DNA of 64,000 nt. Source: Squalus acanthias. Taxonomy: Eukaryota. Position numbers and translations under genes: made by a program. Below the pieces are notes generated by a model. The model did no database searches and was not told where the DNA came from. It saw only the letters and a program-made list of their open reading frames with translations. This document shows, piece after piece, positions 1 through 12,294 of the stretch (its first letter is position 1; every line of letters begins with the position of its first letter). The stretch is from positions 48,982,001 to 49,046,000 of the forward strand of contig CM059432.1 of assembly GCA_030390025.1 (NCBI GenBank), given 5' to 3'.

Positions 1-42
1 ACGTTGTTGTGCTTGTTTTACAAGTGTAAAATGGGTACAATG

Positions 43-665
43 AGGGCCAATTTCGGGGACCAACATCCTGTGCCCCAAGGACCCTTGAAAAACATCCGAC
101 TTGATATTGGGTCGGGCCATTTGTTTAGCCGTCCGGAACCGCCACCTAAAACAGATGTTAAGACCCTTGCATATGCTAATGAGGGGCCTACTGGCCTCAT
201 GGCTCCACAGCACTTCTGAGGGCCGCTGCCTGGCTCCTCCCGTTCTCCTCTCCCTCTCCTCCAGGGCTCACCGGAGGGCCGCTGCCTGGCTCCTCCCGTT
301 CTCCTCTCCCTCTCCTCCAGGGCTCACCGGAGGGCCGCTGCCTGGCTCCTCCCGTTCTCCTCTCCCTCTCCTCCAGGGTTCACCGGAGGGCTGCTGCCTG
401 GCTCCTCCCGTTCTCCTCTCCCTCTCCTCCAGGGCTCACCGGAGGGCTGCTGCCGGCGAGGCAAGCTGCTCAGGATTGATCTTCACAGAATGCATGAGCT
501 GCTGGCACCTGTCACACCTCCGCAGACAGCTCACCCAAACAATATTAATGAAGCCCGAGGTTAAATTTTGGGCCGGCCTTGGACCCCTGTCCCAGTTAGG
601 GTGCGCGTTCTGTGCGCAGTGTCTATTACAGGCCCAAAAACAGGCCTAAGTGAATTTCTACCCCA
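43..665. mobile_element. Possible degraded Harbinger-type MITE hosting the minisatellite
   Basis: Right end GAATTTCTACCCC resembles other MITE termini in the window; left end (GGGCCAATTTC) matches only loosely; no clear TSD. Confidence 0.3.
218..454. repeat. 56-bp minisatellite, ~4.2 copies
   Basis: Unit GAGGGCCGCTGCCTGGCTCCTCCCGTTCTCCTCTCCCTCTCCTCCAGGGCTCACCG starts at 218, 274, 330, 386 and (partial) 442; copies near-identical, no spacers. Confidence 0.95.
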
Positions 666-1486
666 AAGACTCTCCTCAAAACGATATGACATATGTCCAA
701 TTAGAATGTCTTTAACCTCAAACCATGTATAATATTCTGAATGTTGCAAAGTGCAATTAAAAATATATCAGTTATTCTAAAGAAGAGAGACTGGTGGTAA
801 TCTCAGCTTTTGTTATTGTCAGCTCAGTTTGCATCAAACAATGTATAGTTTAAAACAGTTGTGTAATGGGGATCTGGGGTTCACATTCCTCTCAGTTTGC
901 ATCCAGATTCCTTTTACTCATTACTCAGGTTCATATGGAGTGCTCAACATAGTATGGTGAGACAAAGCAAAGTTATTAAAATAAAGTAACAGGTAACAAA
1001 ACACAACACAGTAGGGGTAATTATACAAATGTCTGCTCCCTGTGTACAGCTGGACCACATATTAGGAATTTGGGCATGTGGCTCCCATAATTATCCATCC
1101 ATTTAATGGAAAATACATCCTTAGTGTGAAGTATAATCACATTTGCAATGGTATTGCCTAGTTGTACTACCTGTGGAGTTAGAAGGGTAGAGAAAGAGAG
1201 GGAGGGAAGGGTTGAAGGGCCCAGAGAGACTGAGTCATGAAAGAGACACTGTCAAGGGGGAAAAAAAGAGAAAGGGCATGTCACAGGTTCCATGGTTATG
1301 AGTGCCCTCTCAATTTAGAGCCACAGGTGGCATCTACCAGGTAGCCAGAATCTTGAGCTCCTTCCATTTCTGTTTGCAAGAGGCCAGGTGTGTCTCCCAT
1401 CCACCGATGGCTTCCTTTTGTCTTCTAGAATAATGGCTGTCCATTATAATGGTCAATGATAGCACCTAAGTTTACCTATTGCCATG

Positions 1487-2144
1487 ACAGCAAAATACTG
1501 CAGATGCTGGAAATCCGAAATAACAACAGAAAACGCTGGAAAAACTCAGCAGGCCAGGCAGCATCCATGGAGAGAGAAACAGAGTTAACGTTTCAGGTCG
1601 AAGACCTTTCGTCAGAACTGGAAAAAAGCAGGAAATGAAATAGATTTAAAGCAAGTATAATGCTGGGAAAAGAGGGAGGGGATGAAAGAACAAAAGGCAA
1701 GGTCAGTGGTGGGATAGAAAGCAGGAGAGATTAAGAGACATAAAGAGATAATCAAGGCAAGAGGAGGTGTTAATGTGACAGGTTGAGGCTAGATGAAGTG
1801 TGAACTGGGCTGGCAGAATGAAGGACAGCTGCCAGCTTCTGGGAGGGGAAAAAAAGGCCAAACAAAAGGGTGGATGAAAAAATAAAATTAAAAAAAATAT
1901 ACGTGATAGGGGCCAAGGTTATGATCTGAAATTGTTGAACTCGATGTTGAGTCCAGAGGGCTGTAGGGTGCCTAAACGAAAGATGAGGTGCTGTTCCTCG
2001 AGCTTACGCTGAGCTTCCGTGGAACAGTGTAATAGGCCGAGGACGGTGAGGTCAGAGTGGGAGTGGAGTGGAGAATTAAAGTGACAGGCCACCGGGAGCT
2101 CGGGGTCCCCCTTACGGACTGAACGGAGGTGTTCCGCAAAGCAA
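1487..2144 (-). mobile_element. Penelope-like element family 2, 5'-truncated (GIY-YIG C-terminus plus 3' pLTR region)
   Basis: ORF 1919-2212 contains FAEHLRSVRKGDPELPVACHFNSPLH...RKLEEQHLIFRLGTLQPSGLNIEF; flanked by 15-bp TSD TTACCTATTG(C/T)CATG at 1472-1486 and 2145-2159. Confidence 0.92.
1583..1619 (-). ncRNA. Minimal hammerhead ribozyme motif (PLE family 2)
   Basis: Minus strand: AGUU-CUGACGA-A-AGGUC-UUC-GACCU-GAAACGUU-AACU (stem I, core, stem II, GAAA, palindrome AACGUU). Confidence 0.8.
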
Positions 2145-2334
2145 TTACCTATTGTCATGCTACCAGAGCTGGTTCCTATATTTCCACATTCCTCAGGCTT
2201 TTGTTTAAACATCTTTTATATTTTTATCTTTTCTCATCCATGACAGAATCAATTTTACTGTCTGGCACAGTGCACTTGTGCAGAATATATTTAATAATTG
2301 AAACATTAAACCCATGCATTTCTTACCTGTGAAC

Positions 2335-2905
2335 AGTAATAACAATACCTTGCACTTACATATGCAATGTGAAATATTCTAAAGCAGCGACAAATCAGAA
2401 TCTGCGCAGGAGTTACAGGAAATTGTCAAAAAGATGATTTGAGAGGTGACCAAAAGCAAAGTCAAAAAGTTAGGTTTTGAGGAGGGTATTGAAGTGGGGA
2501 AAGATGTAGCAAAGTGGAGGGGTTTAGGAAAAGATTGCAGCTGGTGAAGTCTCAGCCACCCATGGTGGAGCCAAGGGAACAGGGGTGTGTAATAACCTAA
2601 AATTGGGAGAGTGGATGGTGCAAGCTGGGACAAAGGACTGGAAGGTGTTGCACAGGTAATGTGGCAGAATTGAAGGCATTTGAACTCCAACCAGAATTTG
2701 AAACCAATATGCTGGAGAATGGGAAGCTGGTGGAGGTCAGCAACAATGAGGTGACAGGTTAGCGGGCTGTAATATGGGATAGAGTGTGGTTGGTGGATTA
2801 CTAGATGAGCTCGAATTTATGTAGAGTAAAGCTAGGGAGATACGCAAAGAGCACAATGGAGGAATCGAGCATGCAAGTGATTAAGACGTGGATAAGAGTT
2901 TCAAT
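2335..2905 (-). mobile_element. Degraded L2 LINE 3' fragment
   Basis: Begins with L2-type tail (CTTGCACTTACATA...) and resembles L2 pieces at 41113-41193/46049-46120 and 21250-22990. Confidence 0.55.
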
Positions 2906-3375
2906 GGTTACAGAGAGCAGCTAATTCATTTAATGAGTAGATTGGTCTCTCATTTAAGCAAGAAAATGTTCAGTCATTTTACTAATCAGCAAGTGTGTCA
3001 GAGTGGAGCGAGCCTTAGGCTTAGTGGTTGTATTCCTGCCTCTACATCAGAATGTGTAAGGTCCAAACCTTGAACCAGACAGGCCTGGTGAAGGAGACCA
3101 CAGCTCCAGCTCTGAATTCTGTGCTGCTATCTAGTGAGATACTTCCGTCTAGTATGTGTGTGGGTGGCACACCCTCATCGGATGGAGCCCATGAAACCCC
3201 CCTGTTTTACCATTTAGGTCATGCTTCCATTTACTGTGTTTTTCCCAAAATATACTGTCATAGGGGGGATATTTTTTTCTCCTTACAGATGCTAACTAAC
3301 CTGCAGTGTACTAACAGTATTTTTTGATGTTATTTCAGATTTTAATTCATTTAAAAAAAATTTTTTTTCCTGCAG

Positions 3376-3536
3376 ATGATGATGTATCTTTGACAATATA
3401 TTTGTTGAAGACGGCTCGCCATTATGTGGAGGATGGTTTAAATCAGACCAGTTATGGCTTCATTCTGTTCTTCATTGGGTATGCAATACTTATTTCATTA
3501 ATCCGTTTGATAATGCTGAGATATAGTTTTAAAATA
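3376..3536 (+). CDS. Candidate internal host exon encoding a transmembrane segment (gene not identified)
   Basis: Acceptor TTTTTTTTCCTGCAG|, donor |GTAAGA; 161 nt; only one open frame: (D)DDVSLTIYLLKTARHYVEDGLNQTSYGFILFFIGYAILISLIRLIMLRYSFKI; phase 1 to phase 0; non-repetitive sequence. Confidence 0.5.
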
Positions 3537-3617
3537 GTAAGATTTTCCAGTATGAAGAATTGCTGAATTCTGGAAGAGTAAATTAATCTCAGAGAAAGAA
3601 TATGTTGGAAAGTCAGA

Positions 3618-5323
3618 GGCCGCAATTTCACCAACCGAGGCGGGTCTTGGGCGGCCGGGGTCGGTGTCGTGGTCCCAGCCCGCTGCCTACTGCAGCCCGC
3701 ACTCTCCAAGCAATTTTTTGTTGACTGGGCTTGTTAAGCCCACCCTGCGAGGTTCCCGGCCAATTAATAGGAAGCGTCATCAGCCGGTTTCCTTAAAGGG
3801 GCCATGTCCAAATTGATCGACAGTTCTGCTGTCAGTGTTCTACAGCATTGAGGTGCTGCAAACACAGACAATCACTGTACAGAGGTGCACGGCTGCACCC
3901 AGGCTCTCCCATGACTCCCTCCATATGCTTATGGAGGGTGTCACAGCACGCAGGGAGGTTCTCTTCCCTTCCCATGGGCGGAAGAGACCTCCCCAGGAGA
4001 TCAACGCAGCCTGGTTGCACATTGCACAGGAGGACACAAGCAGGGATGTCGTCAGGAGGACCAGGCTGCAGTGGCGTAAACCTTTCAATGATCTCAGTAG
4101 ATCATGAAACGTTACTGCCAAGCCACACTCAACCCCACCCTGCTGTGCCACACATCACATCCACATCACTCTGCCTTCCCTACCCTACTCCTGCACATCC
4201 TTACTCACACCAACTTAGCTTGCACCTCCACCCATCTTATCACTTCCCCATCTCACCAGTCACCCCTCACACTCACTCATAACCTACTGCAAGCATACAA
4301 ACTAACAACACACAAGGGTAGGCACCTAGGTGGTTTAGCCAATGTTCATGTGAAGTTTCTGTTAATGTGTTGTCAAACATTGAAATCTATATTTTCAACA
4401 CTTTACCTTATTGGACAGATCTGTGCTCACCTTTGGAAGTGTCTTAGTGAGTTGCAGTGAATGTTGAGACATATCACAATTGGGGGGAAGTTGAGTGTGA
4501 AAGGAATGGCTTGAACATTGTAGGGATGCTTTATGGTGCTGGTGTGGGGTGGTGTCACTCTGGTGCATCATGTGGCAGCCAGGGTGTACAGTGTCAAGTG
4601 AAGTAAATCTGGCCATGGTGATGCCATCGCTGGCCTCCCGGGCAGCAATGTTGTCGGGTTCTGATGCCCTGTGTCCTGTGCAGCATCAGGTGATTGAGGA
4701 GAAGGTTGGTATTGTTGTTGGTGATGTTGGAGTTGGGGCTGATCGTGGAGGGATTCAGGGGACCAAGTTGAGATTTTTTAAAGGGCACTGATGTTGCTGG
4801 AATAGATGGCAGCTGAAGATGAGATGACAGAAGCGATCTGTCAATGGTAAGAGAGCTTGCTCCAAGGAGGTGACAGTGGATAGAGAGTTTACTCCAAACA
4901 CTTCCAAACTGCATACAGCTCAAAAGTGTCTTCCAAGTCCTGAAGTCTCAAGCTTCTGACATTGGAAAGTTAACAGCTGTGAAATGGTAGCTTTCATACC
5001 ACTCTTGCAGTTGTCACCTGTTCACAGCAATGGGGAGACATAGAGAACCCGACCTACTTACCTGACATGATCTCCGAACGACGTGATCCCCATTAAAAAA
5101 GTGGGAAAATATAAATAGGCTGGCAAAATAGTAGTTAACAAGCAATTAACAGCATCTTAAATGCCTCCCCTGCCGCTTGGTGTCGGGTCTGTCCTGAAAT
5201 CACAGACCCAACACTTTGGAAACTTACATGGAGGCAGGTTTGGAGTGGGTTCCCAACCTGCTGTCAATCATTTCGATTTTGACAGCGGACCCGCCTCCGA
5301 ATCCGAACAGCAAAATCATGGCC
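3618..5323 (+). mobile_element. Non-autonomous Harbinger element with Myb/SANT-like gene remnant
   Basis: Imperfect TIRs GGCCGCAATTT...AAAATCATGGCC; 3-bp TSD AGA; ~3880-4100 encodes APRLSHDSLHMLMEGVTARREVLFP...AAWLHIAQE...QWRKPFNDL (Myb/SANT-like trihelix). Confidence 0.85.
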
Positions 5324-5382
5324 AGAGAAATAGAGGCCTTAGGTGCAGTAATTCAGCAAAAAAAAATGCTGCAAAACTTTTT

Positions 5383-6007
5383 GGGCCAGATTTTGCTGTA
5401 GAAATAACAGCAAGGCTAACAGCGCTCACTGTTATTAAAGTGTAAATCGGACAGCAACTTCCAGCGACCACACAATGCAGTTAAACGTGGAAATCAGGAA
5501 GTTGCTGTCCGAGTTGTCCTGCTCCTCCAGAAGCTGCACTGTACCGGTATTTCCTGAGAGATTCGGCACTGAAATACATGGAACAGAGCGAAGTTGCTTT
5601 ACTTACGTGATATATACCCAATAAACTCACCAGAAAAAGTTAGGGCTTGTCCATTCCAGTGTAAGTAAATTTTTAACGGCATGATAAGTCTTAATTACTG
5701 CCAAACAACCTCTGTGGCACTGAAAATGAACTTTTACAAGTATGGAGTCTCATTCCTTCAGATTTTAATTATTGTTGGAGATTTTAAAAAATTAAAAAAT
5801 TTAAATAAATGTTTTTTTTACTTTTTATTTCTGTCTCTTTTATCTCTCTCTCTCTCTTAATCCCATCTTTCTTTCCCTCTCTTTATTTCGCTTTCTGTAC
5901 CGAATTTGGTAAATTCCAGTGCAAAATCCCATAGAAAGTCTGTGGGCAGGTGTAAGTGTAATGAATGGCTGGCACCATTCATTCATTGCTGAGATAAAAT
6001 CCGGCCC
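5383..6007. mobile_element. Harbinger-type MITE
   Basis: TIRs GGGCCAGATTTT...AAAATCCGGCCC; TSD TTT; same family as 55555-56262 in the opposite orientation. Confidence 0.85.
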
Positions 6008-6759
6008 TTTATGTTCACTTCATCAGAAGATTCAAAAGGGTAACTAATTCCTTGTGAATACTGCAAAGAATATATATGATTACCATAATGTTCTGGTGTT
6101 GCTTAATCCTAATTCCCTTGCTTCTGTTTGCACTTTGAATTGCAAATAAATACTGTAGTTATCACAACCTGGAACAACACTGATCAATGTGGTGATATTC
6201 CAGCTACCCAAGTGGCCGAAGATGTAGTATGAGTTGATGTAACTTCCAGTTCACATCTTACTGCAATTGGGGTAATTGTTACCCCCAGGTCTCATAATAT
6301 CTGCAAGGGAAGATCACAATGTACAGCTTCTGGATTGTAAGGGGAAAGGTTCACTAAAAGGAAATTGAAAAGGAAAACAGTGCTTCGTGACCCAAATCAT
6401 AACACGGGCAAAGTCAATATTTTGGAAAGAGGTGGGCGATACTGCATTCACACAGGACTGTGGATAGCCCTCTCCATTTATGGCTCTTTGCTGAACTTCT
6501 TTATGCCTTTGCTGGTAAGATTACACACAAAATTTATCTTTAGGGTTCTCTCCCCAATGCCATGACTAGAAATGTTAAATTGTAAAATATAGAAATGACT
6601 GAGAGACATAAATGAGTGTTTTAGAAATATTTAGGTTGAATTGGGAATTCAGATCATTCCTCTTTGAGCATTCATCCAGCTACTGTGTAACTATTGATTT
6701 GACTTTAGATCTTCCCTATGGTTCAGTAGATAAATAGCACCATTGAACCAGTTACGTTT

Positions 6760-6965
6760 ACAGCACAACAAAAGGAGGTAATTCAGCCCTTCATGTCTGT
6801 GCTGGCTTTCTGCTCTAGCAATCCCAAACTAATCCCACTGCCCCGTGCTCTCTCCAGTGGCTTCTTTTGTTTCAATGTTTATCTGCTTTTCCCTTAAAAA
6901 ATGCAACGGTGTCTGCGTCAACTACTCCCTGTGGCAAAGGATTCCATGCTTTTACAACACTCTAC
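6760..6965 (-). mobile_element. CR1 3'-end fragment
   Basis: GGAGGTAATTCAGCCC...GGCAAAGGATTCCATGC resembles the other minus-strand CR1 3' ends in the window. Confidence 0.55.
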
Positions 6966-6971
6966 ACAGGG

Positions 6972-9085
6972 AGCCAGGCATTGACCATCTCCAACAAGAG
7001 AGAGTTTAACCACCTCCCTATGGCATTACCATTGCTAAATCTACCTGTCGCAGATGCATCTGTCCATGACAGTATTAATAGCAGTGACCACCGTACAGTC
7101 CCGTCTTCACACCGAGGACACCCTCCATCGTGTTGTGTGGCACTACCACCGTGCTAAATGGGATAGATTCAGAACAGATCTAGCAGCTCAAAACTGAGCA
7201 TCCATGAGGCGCTGTGGGCCATCAGCAGCAGCAGAATTGTATTCCACCACAATCTGTAACCTCATGGCATATCCCTCACTCTCCCATTACCATCAAGCCA
7301 GGGGACTAACCCTGGTTTAATAAGGAGTGTAGAAGAGCATGCCAGGAGCAGCACCAGGCGTACCTAAAAATGAGGTGCCAACCTGGGAAGCTGCAACACA
7401 GGACTACATGCATGCTAAATAGCAGAAGCAGCATGCTATAGACAGGGCTAAGCGATCCCACAATCAACGGATCAGATCAAAGCTCTGCAGTCCTGCCACA
7501 TCCAGTCGTGAATTAAACAACCATCAAACAACTAACGGGAGGAGGAGGCTCCATGAATATCCCCATCCTCAATGATGGTGGAGCCCAGCACGTGAGTTTA
7601 AAAGACAAGGCTGAAGCGTTTGCAACCATCTTCAGCCAGAAGTACAGAGTGGATGATCCATATCGGCCAACTCCTGCGGTCCCCACCATCACAGAAGCCA
7701 GTCTTCAGCCAATTCGATTGACTCCACGTGATATCAAGAAACGGCTGAGATCACTGGATACAGTAAAGGCTATGGGCCCTGACAACCTCCCGGCTATCGT
7801 GCTGAAGACTTGTGCTCCAAAATTAGCCACGCCTCTAGCCAAACTGTTCCAGTACAGCTACAACACTGGCATCTATCCGACAATGTGGAAAACTGCCCAG
7901 GTGTGTCCTGTCCACAAAAAGCAGGACAAATCCAATCCGGCCAATTACCGCCCCAAGAGTCTACTCTCAATCATCAGCAAAGTGATGGAAGGTGTCATCG
8001 AAAGTGCTATCAAGTGGCACTTACTCACCAATAACCTGATCACTGATGCCCAGTTTGGGTACCGCCAAGACCACTCGGCTGCCGACCTCATTACAGCCTT
8101 GGTCCAAACATGGACAAAGGAGCTGAATTCCAGAGGTGAAGTGAGAGTGACTGCCCTTGACATCAAGGCAGCATTTGACTGAGTGTGGCATGAAGGAGCC
8201 CTAGTAAAACTGAAGTCAATGGGAATCGGGGGCAAAACTCTCCACTGGCTGGAGTCATACCTAGCGCAAAGGAAAATGGTTGTGGTGATTGAAGGTCAAT
8301 CATGACAGCCCCAGGACATTGCAGCAGGAGTTCCTCAGGGCAGTGTCCTAGGCCCGACCATCTTCAGCTGCTTCATCAATGACCTTCCCTCCAACATAAG
8401 GTCAGAAATGGGGATGTTCGCTGATGACTGCACAGTGTTCAGTGCCATTCACAACTCCTCAGATAATGAAGCAGTCCATGCCCGCATGCAACAAGACCTG
8501 GACAACGTTCAGGCTTGGGCTGATAAGTGGCAGGTAACATTCGTGCCACAGAAGTGCCAGGCAATGACTATCTCCAACAAGCGAGAGTCTAACCACCGCC
8601 CCTTGACATTCAATGGCATTACCATCACCGAATCCCCCACCATCAACATCCTGGAGGTCACCATTGACCAGAAACTTAACTGGACCAGCCACATAAATAT
8701 TGTGGCAACAAGAGCAGGTCAGAGGCTAGGAATTCTGCGGCGAGTGTCTCACCTCCTGGCTCCCCAAAGCCTCTCCACCATCTACAAGGCACAAGTCAGG
8801 AGTGTGATGGGATACTCCCCAGTTGCCTGGGAGGGTGCAGCTGTAACATCAATCAAAAAGCTCAACACCATCCAAGACAAAGCAGTCCGTTTGATTGTCA
8901 GCACATCCACCACTTTAAATATTTAGTCCCTGTGCCACCGGCATACCGTGGGGATAGTTTGTACAATTTACAGGATGCACTGCAGCAACTCGCCAAGGCT
9001 TCTTCGACAGCATCTCCTAAATCTCCACCACCTAGATGCAAAAAGGCAGGAGGTGCATGGGAATACCATCAACTCCAAATTTCCC
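6972..9085 (+). mobile_element. CR1/L2-group LINE family A, disrupted ORF2 (RT)
   Basis: ORFs 7553-8182 and 8408-8926 (NYRPKSLLS, ALDIKAAFD, MFADD); [10 protein letters not shown] lies between them; stops and frameshifts. Confidence 0.93.
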
Positions 9086-12063
9086 TCCATTCCTTCATTC
9101 TAATAAGAATGAAACCGGACGGACCACCCGGCATCGACCTCGGCACTGGCTACTGACATGGCAATGGCACACCCAGCCCAGTCAACCCTGCAAAGTCCTC
9201 CTCACCAACATCTGGGGATTTGTGCCAAAATTGGGAGAGCTGTCCCACAGACTAGTCAAGCAACAGCCTGACATAGTCATACTCACAGAATCATACCTTT
9301 CAGCCAATGTCCCAAACTCCTCCATCACTATCCCTGGGTTTGTCCTATCCCACTGGCAGGACAGACCCTCCAGAGGTGGCGGCACAGTAGTATACAGTCG
9401 GGAGGGAATGGCCCTGGGAGTCCTCAACATTGACTCCGGACCCCATGAAGTCTCATGGCTTCAGGTCAAGCATGAGCAAGGAAACCTCCTGCTGATTACC
9501 ACCGACCGATCTCCCTCGGCTGATGAATCAGTACTCCTCCATGTTGAACACCACTTGGAAGAAGCACTGAGAGCAACAAGGGCACAGAATGTACTCTGGG
9601 TGGGGGACTTCAATGTCCATCACTAGGAGTGGCTCAGTAGCACCACTACTGACCGAGCTGGCCTGGTCCTGAAGGACATAACTGCCAGTCTGGGCCTACG
9701 ACAGGTGGTGAGAGAACCAACACGAGGGAAAAACCTACTTGGCCTTGTCCTCACCAATCTACCTGTCGCAGATGCATCTGTCCATGACAGCATTGGTAGC
9801 AGTGACCACCGCACAATCATTGTGGAGACGAAGTCCCGACTTCACACTGAGGACACCCTCCATCGTGTTGTGTGGCACTACTGCCGTGCTAAACGGGATA
9901 GATTCGGAACAGATCTAGCAGCTCAAAACTGGGCATCCATGAGGCGCTGTGGGCCATTCGCAGCAGCAGAATTGTATTCCACCACAATCTGTAAACACAT
10001 GGCCCGGCATATCCCTCACTCTACCATTACCACCAAGCCAGGGGACCAACCCTGGTTCAACAAGGAGTGTAGAAGAGCATTCCAGGAGCAGCACCAGGCA
10101 TACCTAAAAATGAGATGCCAACCTGGGGAAGCTGCAACACAGGATTACATGCATGCTAAAAAGCAGAAGCAGCATGCTATAGACAGGGCTAAGCAATCCC
10201 ACAATCAACGGATCAGATCAAAGCTCTGTAGTCTTGCTACATCCCGTTGTGAGTGGTGGTGGACCATTAAACAACTGACGGGAGGAGGAGGCTCCAAGAA
10301 CATCCCCATCCTCAATGATGGTGGAGCCCAGCTCGTGAGTGCAAAAGACAAGGCTGAAGCGTTTGCAACCAACTTCAGCCAGAAGTGCCGAGTGGATGAT
10401 CCATATCGGCCTACTCCTGAGGTCCCCACCATCACAGAATCCAGTCTTCAGCCAATTCAATTCACTCCACGTGATATCAAGAAACGGCTGAGCGCACTGG
10501 ATACAGCAAAGGCTGTGGGCCCCAACAACATCCTGGCTATCATGCTGAAGCTTGTGCTCCAGAACTAGCCGTGCCTCTAGCCAAGCTATTCCAGTACAGC
10601 TACAACACTGGCATCTATCCGACAATGTGGAAAACTGCCCGGGTATGTCCTGTCCACAAAAAGCAGGACAAATCCAACCCAGCCAATTACCGCCCCATCA
10701 GTCTACTCTCAATCATCAGCAAAGTGATGGAAGGTGTCATCGAAAGTGCTATCAAGTGGCACTTACTCACCAATAACCTGATCACTGATGCCCAGTTTGG
10801 GTTCCGCCAAGACCACTCGGCTCCCGACCTCATTACAGCCTTGGTCCAAACATGGACAAAGGAGCTGAATTCCAGAGGTGAGGTGAGAGTGACTGCCCTT
10901 GACTTCAAGGCAGCATTTGACCGAGTGTGGCATCAAGGAGCCCGAGTAAAACTGAAGTCAATGGGAATCAGGGGGAAAACGCTCCACTGGCTGGAGTCAT
11001 ATCTAGCACAAAGGAAGATGGTTGTGGTGGTTGAAGGTCAATCATCACAGCCACAGGACATCGCTGCAGGAGTTCCACAGGGCAGTGTCCTAGGCCCAAC
11101 CATCTTCAGCTGCTTCATCAGTGACCATCCCTCCAACATAAGGTCAGAAATGGGGATGTTCGCTGATGACTGCACAGTGTTCCGCACCATTCACAACTCC
11201 TCAGACAATGAAGCAGTCCATGCCCGCATGCAACAAGACCTGGACGACGTTCAGGCTTGGGCTGATAAGTGGCAGGTAACATTTGCGCCAGAGAAATGCC
11301 AGGCAATGACTATCTCCAACAATCAAGAGTCTAACCACTTCCCCTTGACATTCAATGGCATTACCATTGCTAAATCCCCCACTATCAACATCCTGGGGGT
11401 CACCATTAACCAGAAACTTAACTGGACCAGCCACATAAATACTGTGGCAACAATAGCAGGTCAGAGGCTAGGCATTCTGCGGCGAGTGTCTCACCTCCTG
11501 ACTCCCCAAAGCCTTTCCACCATCTACAAGGCACAAGTGAGGAGTGTGATGGAATACTCTCCACTTGCCTGGATGAGTGCAGCTCCAACAACACTCAAGA
11601 AGCTCAACACCATCCAGGACAAAGCAGCCCGCTTGATTTGCACCCCATCCACCATCTTAAACATTCACTCCCTCCACCACCGATGTACCGTGGCTGCAGT
11701 GTGTACCATCTACAAGATGCACTGCAGCAACTCGCCAAGGCTTCTTCGGCAGCACATCCCAAACCCGCAACCTCTTCCACCTAGAAGGACAAGGGCAGCA
11801 GGTGCATGGGAACACCATCACCTCCAAGTTCCCCTCCAAGTCACACGCCATCCTGACTTGGAAATATATTGCCGATCCTTCCTCGTCGCTGGGTCAAAAT
11901 CCTGGAACTCCCTCCCTAACAGCACTGTGGGACTACCATCACCACACGGACTGCAGCGGTTCAAGAATGCGGCTCACCACCACCTTCTCAAGGGCAACTA
12001 GAGATGGGCAATAAATGCTGGCATTGCCAGCGACGCCCAGATCCCATAAACAAATTTTTAAAA
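9086..12063 (+). mobile_element. LINE family A, near-complete ORF2 (APE endonuclease + RT), frameshifted
   Basis: ORFs 9036-9626 (ILTESYL, GGGTVVY, VGDFNVHH), 9705-10568 (SDH), 10571-12001 (RT motifs); 3' end GGGCAATAAATGCTGGC; head-to-tail with the previous copy. Confidence 0.95.
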
Positions 12064-12292
12064 AGTCACACACGATCCCAACTTGGATATATATCGCTGT
12101 TCATTCATTGTTGCTGGGTCAAATTCCTGGAACTCCCTACCTAGCAGCACTGTTGGAGTACCTTCAGCATATGGATTGCCGCAGTTCAAGATGAAAGCTC
12201 ACCACCACCTTCTCAAGGGCAACTAGGAATGGGCATAAATGCTGGCCTTGCTAGCGATGCCCATATCCCGAGAATGAATAAATGAAAATAAA
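12064..12292 (+). mobile_element. Additional LINE family A 3'-end fragment
   Basis: Diverged repeat of 11838-12050 ending GGCCTTGCTAGCGATGCCCATATCCC. Confidence 0.85.
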
Positions 12293-12294
12293 GA

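Noticed and set aside
218..454. CRISPR-like array
   Set aside because: Contiguous tandem units, no unique spacers, no cas genes, eukaryotic context.
6456..6514. Candidate exon (G)LWIALSIYGSLLNFFMPLL with GTAAGA donor
   Set aside because: Weak acceptor, and phase 1 start does not fit the phase 0 end of 3376-3536; not supportable without RNA data.
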